A stretch of DNA of 64,000 nt from Felis catus (GCF_018350175.1 NC_058379.1:81096001-81160000), one strand, 5' to 3'. Counted from the first letter of the stretch, positions 11,191-22,184 are shown. Notes: generated from the letters alone by a model not told the origin. Numbers and translations are program-made.

Positions 11191-12109
11191 GCAAGTATCT
11201 TTTACTTACTTGGACACCGCCTTCTCTTGACTCTTCCTGCTAAGCAGAGGACTGAACATCTGGAGGCTTCCTTGGATGCTTTCAGTAGACAGGCTAAATT
11301 CTTGCCCTTGAAATGCCAGACATGTCAACCACGTGACTCCTGGGCTCCTGGGCTCCTGGGTGTCGACACCCTCGTCATCTAAGGCTTGGCAGGAATTCCT
11401 GGTGCTTCAGTTCCGGTCCACTTTGCTGTGCTCCCCAGGGAGCTGCTGGCTGGTCCTCCTGGAGCCCCAGCCCTGCCTCCAACAGAGGGTGGCTTTGGGC
11501 CACTCACTGGCCAGTTTCTCGATGCGGAGACGAAGGGCTTGGGCTTTAACTTAATCCCTGCGGCCACCTTCGGCTCAAAAATTCTGCGAATTTTTTGAAG
11601 GAAAAAAGGACAAAAGCTCCTAGGCAATCAAACACACGTCCAGAAAAAACAAAACAAAGCGAACTGAGGAGGAAACTTGTCCTCAGACCCACCACTCCCA
11701 GTGCTGGTCTGCCCTCTGCTAGCCTCAGGGTCTCTTCCGCAGTATCTGCCTGGTCCTGCCCCTGACTCAGTGCTCTCCTCCTGCACCGACCCTCCCCGCC
11801 CCACCCCACCTCCATGGTGTGTCGTCCTCCCTGGATAGGAATTGGAGCTGGGATGAGTCTGAGTGCCGGTCAGTGTCCATGTGTCCCTTCCTGGGGACAT
11901 GTTTGTGTTGTACAGAGTGGACTTGTTGGGACACAGCACTTAAATGTGACGGACTGACTGTGCAGATGAACCTTTCAGGTCCCACCTGCGTTGCCGGGAA
12001 GGTCACACTTCTTAGCAAGGGAGACACGCTTCCCGTAGGAATGGCCAGAGGGGTCCTGTCGTGCCGCTGACTCAGGAATGACAGGTTCCACGCTGTAACT
12101 GCAGAGTGA

Positions 12110-12280
12110 GGCCATGGAGAGAACGTGGTCTCAGAGTCATGGAAGACCCAGGTTCAAATCCAGACACTGCCACTTTGCACTGAGTTACTTGGCTAGAGAT
12201 CTTCAGTTTACTGAACTGTAAAATGGGGCATATGTTACTTGGTTAATTTTTACACGGTTGTTGTGAGAATCAGGTTAGAC
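12110..12280 (+). mobile_element. MIR fragment
   Basis: AGACCCAGGTTCAAATCC...CTGTAAAATGGGG...GTTGTGAGAAT core motifs. Confidence 0.6.
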
Positions 12281-13269
12281 AATATAGGTTAAAGAATAAT
12301 ATAAGATAGCGAAGGTAATATATGGTAGCCATAGCTATGCGTGGACACACGTGCATATTCATACATATATATGTCCTTGAAATGACCTTTTCATTGCCTT
12401 CATATGTAAAGAAAAAACAGGTATAAGTAACACCAGGCTGCGCACAATTTAAAGATTTATAAGCAAAAGCAGCTCCGTTTAAATCGCTGTGTAATTGTTT
12501 TGCTTCTAGAATTGCCATATAATTGTATTTTGCTCTCCAAGGGCCTTTAAAAGACCTTCACAAATTTAAGGTTTTTATGGGAGAAGGTAGCTTAGTAAAA
12601 GTCCTCTGAGTTTAGAATCAGAAATTCGAGGTTTCAGTTGAAATGACCACCTGCTGGCTCCCCTTCTTCTCTGGTCTTTAAGTTCCTTCTTTGACATGAT
12701 TACGGATTCAGCACATCGTGTGATGTTGGCGGGACTGAAAATGCGGGGCTCCTTATTAAAAAAGGTATTACGCATTTTAAGGTGGTGACAGGGGATCATG
12801 AAGCCAGTACAGGGCCCTGCACACACACCGCCACAGGCCCACGAAGCGGGTCCTGAGCGGAGACGTGGCAATCCGAGGGATTAGGTCAGTGAGAATCCCT
12901 TGCAAAACATGTCAGTACTGTTCAAATGTGAGGACTTTGCTCTATCAAGGCATTATCACCACCGAACTGTTGTGGCTGTTGGGAGCTTGCTCTCTGCGGT
13001 AATTACAGTGCCGACCTTGACACAAACAGGTGTCTGCAGCAATGTAATCTTTGGGTGGGGGAGGGGAGGGTGCCAAGTGTTTGGCCAAGAGCGCAGCTTG
13101 GTTCTGTGCGGATCTGCTTTCCAGCTGCGGGCACGAGGAGGGCTGCTTGGCCTTTCCGAGTCCCAGGTTCCTCAAGTCTAAAATGCGGCGGACGATCCTG
13201 GCCTTACAGGATCGTTGTGAGGGAATACGCGTGAAAAGGCTAAAATTACACTCGTGCATTTTCGTCCCA

Positions 13270-13430
13270 GAGCACAGGCTTTGCAGTCCAAAAGACTCAT
13301 TAGGATCCCGAATCCCTCCTTGCTCATGTGTCATCTTGGGCAAGTGACTTCTTAACAGCAAGTCCTCATCTGTAAAATGGGGAGAAATACACGATATCAC
13401 GCATAGGAAATCTCTAGCACACTGCCCCAC
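13270..13430 (+). mobile_element. MIR fragment
   Basis: CTTGGGCAAGTGACTTC...CCTCATCTGTAAAATGGGG. Confidence 0.6.
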
Positions 13431-13733
13431 ACAAGGCATTCAAAAGGGGTAGCTCGTGTTTTTCTTCTTCCTGTTCTTCCTGTTCTTCTCCCTCCCTTCC
13501 CCTCTGCTTTCTGCCCGCCCCACCCCTGCCGCCAGATCTCTTCGGTAAGTCTTCTCGCAACAGGATGAAAGGAGAGAAAGGAACCCTTGTGAGGCATTCC
13601 GGGCCATCGGTCGAACCTTGTGTGGGTGGCTCCAGCCGTGACAAATACCCAGGGAGCGGATGCGGTGTGGATCCCAGATGTGGTGTTGAAGAATAACCCT
13701 GTGCAATCTGTGGTTTCCTACAATTGTTTGCAG

Positions 13734-13876
13734 GCCGCTTTGAGAACATTTTGTCTGACAGCAGTGTCAGTGAGCAGACCCAAATCCTGGTGGTTAATGC
13801 TGCCTACTTCGTTGGAAAGTGGATGAAGAAATTTCCTGAATCCGAAACCAGAGAATGCCCTTTCAGAATCAACAAG
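13734..13876 (+). CDS. SERPINB5: Maspin exon 5, aa 142-189
   Basis: Acceptor tgtttgcag|; 143 nt, (G)RFENILSDSSVSEQTQILVVNAAYFVGKWMKKFPESETRECPFRINK; donor AAG|gtacgt. Confidence 0.97.
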
Positions 13877-15484
13877 GTACGTAAGGCCGCGTGTCAAAGG
13901 CTCCCAAGTACAGATCTGAAAAATTATGGAAAATTGAGGCATAGGAGGTAGTGTGCCTTTCCTGAGACCAATGGTTGGGAGGGGAGGGGTGGGCAAAGAA
14001 CCATAATCCCCTCTTATAATAGTGAGCACGCCCCCACTGCACCCAGAGGTGTAGTTTTTATATTTAAGAAAGTGTTCATGGGCGGAAGGGAGGGGGAGTG
14101 CGGGGGACTCCTTTACTGTCATTAAATCATAAAGCTGGGAGGTGTCAGATCCTGGAGACTCAGACTCTAGAAGAGAGTCACTCAAGATTTGAAATGTCAC
14201 TGATTTTTCAGCGTGGCTTCTAACCAAGCAGGAAAACACTGCTCCAGGCTGCGTGGGGATACGCCCTCCTTTTGAATGCGGACTTTTCCTTTGTTTCCGT
14301 TGCATTACTTTTGTCAGCCTCTGAACTTTTTCAAAGGTCTGACTAAATAAACCTTTTCTCCTGTCCCATGGTGTCTTCTTTAAGGGTAGACTAAATTGAG
14401 GAAGTTATATTATGAAAGGTGTAAATAGTGCCTGTTCGGACAAGGTGAACACACACACATGTTTTTTGGAAGAGTGTATTTAGCCCTGTGTTCAGAAGAT
14501 ATGTCTCTCGATTTATATTCTAGAAAACGGAATTATTGTATCCATCTTCGGTGCTGATAAATGAAATAGATGACTATATTTGGTGGCCACAACTATATGC
14601 AAATTCAGATGACTAGCCGTCTAACTTGATGGAGGGTTTTAGACAAATCTAGAGCGTCTTTAAGAGAAATAAATGGAAGCATTAGCAGTAAATTTCAAAA
14701 GTAGTGTGCTTTTCTATCCTAATTCTATTTCTGGTTGTACCTAGAATGGAAGTCTTTAATTATTTATTGACCAAATATTTAGTGAGCAACTGCTACGTGA
14801 TGGGATATATCAAGATAATAAGACATGGTTTCTGCTTTGACTGTAGTCTAGTTAGGGTGAGGGGTGTGTGTGTGTGGGAAACAGTCACATAAACATTTCT
14901 AACCTTGTGACAAGCATTGAAATAGAGGTATTACAAAAAGTAAAATAAGTATAGTCTAGCTCTGCTGAGAGGTGTTGGGGGAAATTCAGTTTACTGTTTG
15001 AAGATCCCAGATATAAGTTTTACTGAAATACTATCTCCCAGGCCTGATATGAAGCTTAAAATCTCCCCTAACAGAGATCCAGCTAACAGGCAAATATCCT
15101 GAGGGAGGTAGAGATCGAAATAATAAGCTACAGTAATTTACTGTCAGTCTCTTACTCTTTAGTATGAACTAATTTTCCTTCAGAAAATCAGTCATGTCAG
15201 TAGCAGAGGCACAGTCAGATATCAAGGGGGACAGAGAGAAGGAAGGGCCTGGGATGCTGCGCAGAGAGAAAAGCCTGGGCACCAAGACCCTTTTGGAGGC
15301 GTGTGGAATGCATTGGAACTAGAAGCGACTTAAGAGATAATTTGTTTACTTAATATTCTCATTTAAGAAATTATGAAATATTTTAAACATGTAGAGTATT
15401 CTAGAAAATAATAAAACAAACTCCGATGTACTCAACAGTCAGCTTTGTCAATCTTTATATTTTGCTGTATTTATTTTAGATCTT

Positions 15485-15708
15485 TAAATTTTTTTTTTAA
15501 CGTTTATTTATTATTGAGAGACACGGAGACCCAGAGCGTGAGCAGGGGTGGGACAGAGAAAGAGGGAGGCACAGAATCCAAAGCAGGCTCCAGGCTCCAA
15601 GCTGTCAGCACAGAGCCCCACATGGGGCTCGAACTCATAAACTGAGAGATCGTGACCTGAGCCGAAGTCGAAGTCGGACGCTTAACGGACTAAGCCACCC
15701 AGGCGCCT
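15485..15708 (-). mobile_element. CanSINE
   Basis: Full body; TSD TATTT(T/C)AGATCTTT. Confidence 0.92.
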
Positions 15709-16510
15709 CTATTTCAGATCTTTTAAAGAAAAAAAAATACAGCAAGGATACAGGGATACAGGGAAGGGTAGCCCCTCCTTCCCTGTCTCAAGGTTCCTCC
15801 CCAGAGGTAACGACCATTCTGAAATGTCCAATTCCCTCCTGCTACTGACAAGGAAACTGAGGTCCAAGGAGTGAAGTGATTCCCTTAAGATCACACCATC
15901 TGTTTATGTCACATTTGAGACCGAAACCCCAGGTTCTTATCTCGAATCCAGACTTCTTCACAGCTCAGATCAGAGTAGGCGGCCGTACAGGGAGAGGGGG
16001 ATTAAAAACAAAGGAGAACAGAGGACCAAACAAATGTGATTTGTGTCTTGCTGTGTGCTGAGTGTTCCCTCATATGTATTCGACCAGCAAACGCTGCCTA
16101 AGTAGCTATGTGGTTTGCCCTCGAATTTATTTCCACTCCACCAGGAATAAAGAGCTGGCAATTATGAGCATCTATAAAGACTAAGTCAAAGTCTGCCTCT
16201 GTTTTCAGTCTTACTCTCTTATTTTCAATGTTTTGTATAAGCAAGTGCCGTATTACGTATAGTTCCCGAAATACATTGGAATGATAAGGCATGTGAATGG
16301 CTTTTCAAAGGAAGTCATTGATCTTCCGGGGATAGTCTGTGATGGTCTGGGTCCAGTACAGTTGGGATCCCAGCGGAGGGATGATTACACCACGATGGTC
16401 TGAAACTATAACAAGAACAAATGTGCGTGTGTGCGTGTGCGTGCGGGTGTGTGTATTTATGCTTGTGTGAACTGAAAAGCAAGTGATCCGAATTTCTTCT
16501 CCTCTTACAG

Positions 16511-16678
16511 ACAGACACCAAACCGGTGCAGATGATGAATATGGACGCCACGTTCTGTATGGGCAACATTGATGGTATTAATTGTAAGATCATAGAGCTT
16601 CCCTTTCAAAACAAACACCTCAGCCTGCTTATTCTGCTCCCCAAGGATGTGGAGGATGAGTCCACGGGCCTGGAGAAG
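16511..16678 (+). CDS. SERPINB5: Maspin exon 6, aa 190-245
   Basis: Acceptor ttcttctcctcttacag|; 168 nt, TDTKPVQMMNMDATFCMGNIDGINCKIIELPFQNKHLSLLILLPKDVEDESTGLEK; donor AAG|gtgagg. Confidence 0.97.
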
Positions 16679-17631
16679 GTGAGGAGGGAGGGGGGTGTTC
16701 AACACAAAGGTGCCACCTGCTGTGACAAGGAGCCGTGTGGAGGGCACTGTGCGTGGCTGTGACGCTGCCCTGCCTTACACATCACTTGCTCAGTCGTCTC
16801 CAAGGGTTTCGTGGTCCTTTCTGGGCCTTTGTCTTTGACATGAAAACGGCCAGCATGTATTTGGCACTCGTGACCAGCCAGGAGCTGTGAGGTCCCCATG
16901 TACGCCTTCTCCTCGACTTCTTGGGACAGGCCTATCTATTTATTAGAAGCTGTCACGGTGCTCTTGTTGACTGAGGGACCTGAGGCACAGCAGGGGAGGT
17001 GACAAGTCTGTGGTCACCTAACTCATCGGTGGCACGTAGAATCAGAATTGGAGCCCGGGAAGTTGGAATCTGTGTTCTCAATCTAGCCCCGAGTGCCTAT
17101 TATTAGCATCTTGCGTTAGTGTGGTACATCTGTTACAACCGATGAACCAGTTGTCCACACATTATTCATAAAGTCTGCAGCCTGCTTTAGGGTTCACTTT
17201 GTGTTGTACCTTCTACGGGTCCGGAAAAGCTCTTTTAATGCGTACACACAGAGGAGATTTTATTATGCTTCATCCTTTATGGAGGTTATTAGAGGCACGA
17301 GGTGTAGATAACAGTAGAGGTTCATCTCCTTGTGAAGGATGCTTTTGCTCCCCCTCTGCTCTGGCAGCCCCATCCAGCCACCCAGGGCCACCTGCTCCCC
17401 CCTCGGCCCCGTGTTCTCAGCTCCCTAGCTCCCCTCCACCAGGGCCTCGGCCCTTGGCCAGGGAGAAGGACAGGCTCGTTGAGGACCCCAGAGGTGACCT
17501 GCTTCATTTCCAGTCATGCCTCGGTTACGCCCTGGCTTTCCAGGGAGTGGTCTCAGTCCATGTCCGTCCTACTTGCTGCTTTAATGGTCATTACGCTTTA
17601 TCCATCACTGGCCTTTGTTACTCTTTTTCCT

Positions 17632-17826
17632 TAATGTTTGTTTGTTTGTTTGTTTGTTTATTTATTTATTTATCTAGAGCTCGAGCAGGGGAGGGGCAGA
17701 GAGAGAGGGAGACAGAGAATCCCAAGCCCTGATGTGGGGCTGAAACCCATGATCAAACCATGAGATCGTGACCCGAGCCAAAACCAAGAGTCGGACGCTT
17801 AATGGACTGAGCCACCCAGGCGTCCC
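17632..17826 (-). mobile_element. CanSINE
   Basis: (TTTG)n/(TTTA)n tail, GAATCCCAAGC, head ...GAGCCACCCAGGCGTCCC. Confidence 0.88.
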
Positions 17827-17974
17827 TGGCCTTCATTATTCTTTTATTCACATTCACTGCGCTTTTTCTTTTTCACTCCACTCCATGCCCTATCTCCTCT
17901 TCTCTCGCTGTTGTTATTCAGCTGTTTTGCACTTTGCCACTTACGTGAAAGACCCTCATACCATTTTTTTTTCT

Positions 17975-18206
17975 TTTTTTTTTTTTATAAATTTTTTTTT
18001 TCAACATTTTTATTTATTTTTGGGACAGAGAGAGACAGAGCATGAACGGGGGAGGGGCAGAGAGAGAGGGAGACACAGAATCGGAAACAGGCTCCAGGCT
18101 CTGAGCCATCAGCCCAGAGCCTGACGTGGGGCTCGAACTCATGGACCGCGAGATCGTGACCTGGCTGAAGTCGGACGCTTAACCGACTGCGCCACCCAGG
18201 CGCCCC
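17975..18206 (-). mobile_element. Young CanSINE (Fc1-like subfamily)
   Basis: Diagnostic GCCATCAGCCCAGAG / CCTGGCTGAAG / TGCGCCACC; perfect 14-bp flank CCATTTTTTTTTCT on both sides. Confidence 0.95.
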
Positions 18207-18281
18207 ATTTTTTTTTCTGATTAAAGTACAGAATGGGAAATACCGAACTTTTGAGTCTCAGAGAAATTCAAGAACACGCTT

Positions 18282-18742
18282 TGTGTTCTTCTCCAGGGGC
18301 CACCATAATAAGTACCACAAACTGAGTAGCTTAAACAAGAATTTATTCTCTCACAGTTCCAGAGGCTAGAAATCTGAGCTCAGGTGTTGGTTCCTGCTGA
18401 GGGTTGTGAAGGAGACTCTGTTCTATGCCTCCCCACTTAGCTTCTGGAGATTGGCCGCCAATCTTTGGTGTTCCTTGGCTTAACATGTGTCACTTCAATC
18501 TCTGCCTCTGTCTTCATGTGGCTTCCTCCCTGTATGCGTGTGTATCTGTGTCCAAAATTTTCCTTTTTATAAGGACACTGGTCATATTAAGTTAGGGCCC
18601 ATCCTAATGACTTCATCTTAAGTAATGACACCTACAAGGATTCTGTTTCCCCGTAAGGTCACCTTCTAAGGCACCGTGGGTTAAGACTTCAATATAAAAA
18701 TTTAGTTTTTTGCGGGGAGGGGGCACAATTTGACCCATAACA
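18282..18742 (-). mobile_element. MaLR LTR (MLT1C-like), near full length
   Basis: TG...AAGTACCACAAACTGAGTAGCTTAAAC..AATTTATTCTCTCACAGTTC...GGGCACAATTTGACCCATAACA. Confidence 0.75.
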
Positions 18743-19793
18743 CATATATAATGGAGGAAGGGAAAAAACTTTTTTTTCCCCCTTCTGACTAGTCTTTTTG
18801 AATTATGAATGAATATTCTTCCCTCTCTTCATTCTCAGATAATAAATGGGCAAGAGAATATACCTTTTGGCTGAAAAATTCTAGTTACTTATGGCAATCT
18901 TTCGGTTCTAATAATGTGCCATAAATAAAAACAGTAGTCATTGAAAACCAGATTATCATAGATGAACAAGAGAATCCAACGGTACCTTCCCCCACTAAAC
19001 ACACAACAAACAGACTTGTGACCAGTCTGTGACCTTGCCATGTTACTGATTTTTATGAGTTTCGTGTGAATAACTTCAGTGCAAGATTGTCCCATGATAA
19101 TACGGTCAAGGTACTATCATTCTCAGTTGTATTCTTGTTTCTTCTCCAGCCAGTGAGGGGTTGGGAGGGCAAGGAGCAATTTCAGATTTGCTCAGCGAAG
19201 AATTTTGTGACTCAACCATTCCATGTGTCATGGCATAGCTCTCATTTTTAAAATAACCAACTGAAATGGATGCATTCATCACCCCCGGTCTTCGAGAATG
19301 GCCATAGACAGCTTAACAAAGAGTAACTCATTTTACAAAGAGTAACTTTAGAGTTGATTTGAGTTACTTTTGATGCCAGGCCAAGTACCCGAATATTCTG
19401 GATTTCCTAGAGGAGAAATTAAAACCAGCATTCAGGCAATAGTATGTATAAAAGCCCTCCTAGTTTTATGTTTATGTTACTCTTATTTATGCAACATCAT
19501 CGGCCACACATCCATTTCTACTCTATAACTTGAAAGAAATAGCCTGAGACATTTCAGGGCAAGGGGACTGTGGTCGGAGCATGGCGGGGAGGAGAGCAGT
19601 GCTGGGTGGCTGGGTGCATCTTTGATACGGGAAACCAGTCCCACACCCAGACCGCAGGGTTGATTCCATTTTCGGTGGTCCGAGGGCACTGCTTCAGCAC
19701 TGGACTCACGATGGCACTTTCTGTTGCCAATCAAGCTGGATCTTTCACATCTGGGAATAAAAAAAATAATTTCCTTTCCTTTTGGTCCTTCAG

Positions 19794-20186
19794 GTTGAAC
19801 AACAACTCAACTCAGAGACGCTCTTGCAGTGGACTAATCCCAGCACCATGGCCAATGCCAAAGTCAAACTCTCCATTCCAAAATTTAAGGTGGAAAAGAT
19901 TGTTGATCCCAAAGCTAGTCTGGAAAATCTAGGGCTGAAAAATATCTTTAATGAGAATACATCCGATTTCTCTGGAATGTCAGAGACCAAGGGAGTGGCC
20001 CTCTCCAATGTTGTTCACAGAGTGTGCTTAGAAATAACTGAAGATGGTGGGGATTCCATGGAGGTGCCAGGGTCACGAATCCTGCAACACAAGGATGAAT
20101 TCAATGCCGACCACCCATTTATTTACATCGTCAGGCACAACAAAACGCGAAACATCATTTTCTTTGGCAAGTTCTGTTCCCCTTAA
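19794..20186 (+). CDS. SERPINB5: Maspin exon 7 coding part, aa 246-375 + TAA, includes reactive centre loop
   Basis: Acceptor ttttggtccttcag|; VEQQLNSETLLQWTNPSTM...TEDGGDSMEVPGSRILQHKDEFNADHPFIYIVRHNKTRNIIFFGKFCSP*; serpin signature ADHPF. Confidence 0.98.
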   Translation, partial: VEQQLNSETLLQWTNPSTMANAKVKLSIPKFKVEKIVDPKASLENLGLKNIFNENTSDFSGMSETKGVALSNVVHRVCLEITEDGGDSMEVPGSRILQHKDEFNADHPFIYIVRHNKTRNIIFFGKFCSP

Positions 20187-20260
20187 GTGGCAAAAGCCCA
20201 GGTTAAGTCCCACCTGACTTTTCTGTAAACTCTGCATCCAAAGAAACACTTTCTAAATAC

Positions 20261-20266
20261 AATAAA
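20261..20266 (+). terminator. Proximal poly(A) signal AATAAA in SERPINB5 3' UTR
   Basis: AATAAA 75 nt after the stop codon; only a modest downstream GU element. Confidence 0.45.
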
Positions 20267-21569
20267 TTGTTAATATTGCTGGATCTGGAAGCTGCTGGTA
20301 CTTGACCTGTGTAGCCCTCGTATCAATAGACCCTTCTTTTCCAATTCTTCGTTTTGTTCTCCCTTCACCTCCTCCCCATAAGACACAATGCTTTTAATGA
20401 AAAGGGGTTACTCTGGAGGAAATATATGTATTCATTATGTGTCAGCTTATCTCAGGTTGTTGGCAGGAATACAGTCTTTCACAAAGAAAATCCCCGGAAG
20501 GGGGATCTGGAGGATTTTAGAGCTTTACCTTCCTTCATTCACTGGGATCAGAATTCTGGGAACACCAGAATGTTCCAGACATTCTTACTTCCCCGAAAGA
20601 CTAAAGAAACTGGTACACGGGATCCACAAAACTTTCTTAGCCCCGCTGGAACTTGGGCACACGTTCAGGCTACTGTCGGTCCACAGCTCCTTATGCTAAA
20701 CGGTGGTACCGGTGTTTTCCTCAAACTCTGACTTTTTGGGATTTTAGAAAGCTAACCTGTTGCACATACTATGTGTTTCGGAACTCCACTGATAGAGTCT
20801 GGGACAGCACCCTATAAATCAACACCTTAATATTTCTGCCACAACCCATACATTTTCACACAAGCTGGATAGACAGACTCTGAGCAGCCCGTAAGTACCA
20901 GGTTTTGCCACCAAATGAGTGTGCCAGCAGCTTATGAACAGACTGTGTTTTCAGAACTTTTGGAAACTTTGGAGTGTTGGAGAAGGGATTGCAGACCTAT
21001 AGCAGCTGAAGTGCAGCACCTCGGGGGGGAGGCAGGATTTTACTAAAAGCCCACTTTCACTTTAAGCAGGACACCCACCCAGTCACTTGGTTGGTGGTTA
21101 GACCAGTGACTGGCAGTGAACGCTGAGTCGGCAAGGTCTTGGGTGTCTCACAACCGGGGACCTCAAACCCGAGGGGACTTTAAGGGAGCCAATGAGAGAG
21201 TAAGGAACTTTTCTGTTTGTCCGATGTGATAGTGGGAAGGGGAAAGGAGTTAATGCCTTTGGGAAACCTTGCGGAAACAGAACTAAAGCAACCCAGTGCT
21301 CTCACTGCCGTGACATGCACGTTTCCAGACTGTGGCTTTAGTTACTGTGGATGGCTAGTCAGTAACTTCCATGAACGTAATTTGGGAAGGTGGCCTGTCC
21401 AGTAATCTATGCTGCAAATACACGGATTAATTCACTGGCAAGGAGAGTGCATTTACTGAAGGTTTCATGATATTCCTTTGCTCATCTCTTCTCTGGCTTT
21501 CGTTGTAAATATGTTCAACTTTCTTCTTGCTCCGAAGGTTCAATATTGAATTTCTTGGATGCTATGGAC

Positions 21570-21606
21570 AATAAAATATTATGGAACTGCGTGTCTTGTT
21601 TCTTCC
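21570..21606 (+). terminator. Distal poly(A) signal of SERPINB5 with downstream GU/U-rich element
   Basis: AATAAA 21570-21575, upstream TGTA near 21505, downstream GTGTCTTGTTTCTT; gives a ~1.4 kb 3' UTR. Confidence 0.75.
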
Positions 21607-21794
21607 ATGACATCGAGTTTCCTATTTTGAAATAGACCGAAGCCAGCGTTTACGAAAGCATTCCTGTATGTGAGTGCTTTTTGAGGGGGCCGATGTAGAA
21701 TAAAAAGGAATAAGAATAATTACTGTCCTTATTCCTTGTCTTCCTTTCTTCCTGCCCACCAAGCTTGCTTCCTCCCCCCATTCCCTTTCATCGT

Positions 21795-21830
21795 GGGGGG
21801 GGGTGGGTGGGTGTGGGGTTAGGGTTGGGG
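21795..21830 (+). other. G-quadruplex-forming G-run cluster
   Basis: G9-T-G3-T-G3-TGT-G4-TTA-G3-TT-G4. Confidence 0.7.
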
Positions 21831-21974
21831 TTAACTCCCTCTTCAGTCAGGGGAGATCTGGGATGCATTTCCATGGCATGAAAGTGTGCAATGACGTGAG
21901 AGACACTCGGGAACAGGACACAGAGCTTTTCTCCTGCAGTTTGTACTGAAGGCCCAGCCCCAAAATCTAATTTT

Positions 21975-22184
21975 TTTTCTCTCTTTTTAATGTCTATTTA
22001 TTTATTTTGAGAGAGATCTGAGAGCGCTCACGTGCATGGGGAAGGGGCAGAGAGAGAGGGTCCCAAGTGGAACCCACACTCAGTGCAGAGCCCGACACGG
22101 GGCTCAATCCCACAAACCGTGAGATCATGACCTGAGCCAAAATCAAGAGTTGGACGCTTTACTGACTGAGCCACCCAGGTGCCC
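21975..22184 (-). mobile_element. CanSINE
   Basis: Full body; TSD CAAAATCTA(A/G)TTTTT. Confidence 0.9.

Larger units (their letters stand above)
4084..21600 (+). other. SERPINB5: SERPINB5 (maspin) gene body within the window: exon 2 acceptor to distal poly(A) region; 1-4083 is probably intron 1 (non-coding exon 1 outside window)
   Basis: Six exons of 168/138/118/143/168/393 coding nt splice into a 1128-nt, 375-aa ORF (MDALQLANSAFAVDLFKQLCEKE...FFGKFCSP) closely matching human maspin; clade B serpin exon layout. Confidence 0.97.

Noticed and set aside
10945-11382. 145-aa ORF overlapping exon 4
   Set aside because: It is an alternative frame of exon 4 plus intron; no homology or splice support.
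13718-14305. 195-aa antisense ORF over exon 5
   Set aside because: No recognisable domain; antisense frames over coding exons are often stop-poor by chance.
21819-21824. TTAGGG inside the G-rich tract
   Set aside because: Single unit; not an interstitial telomeric array.
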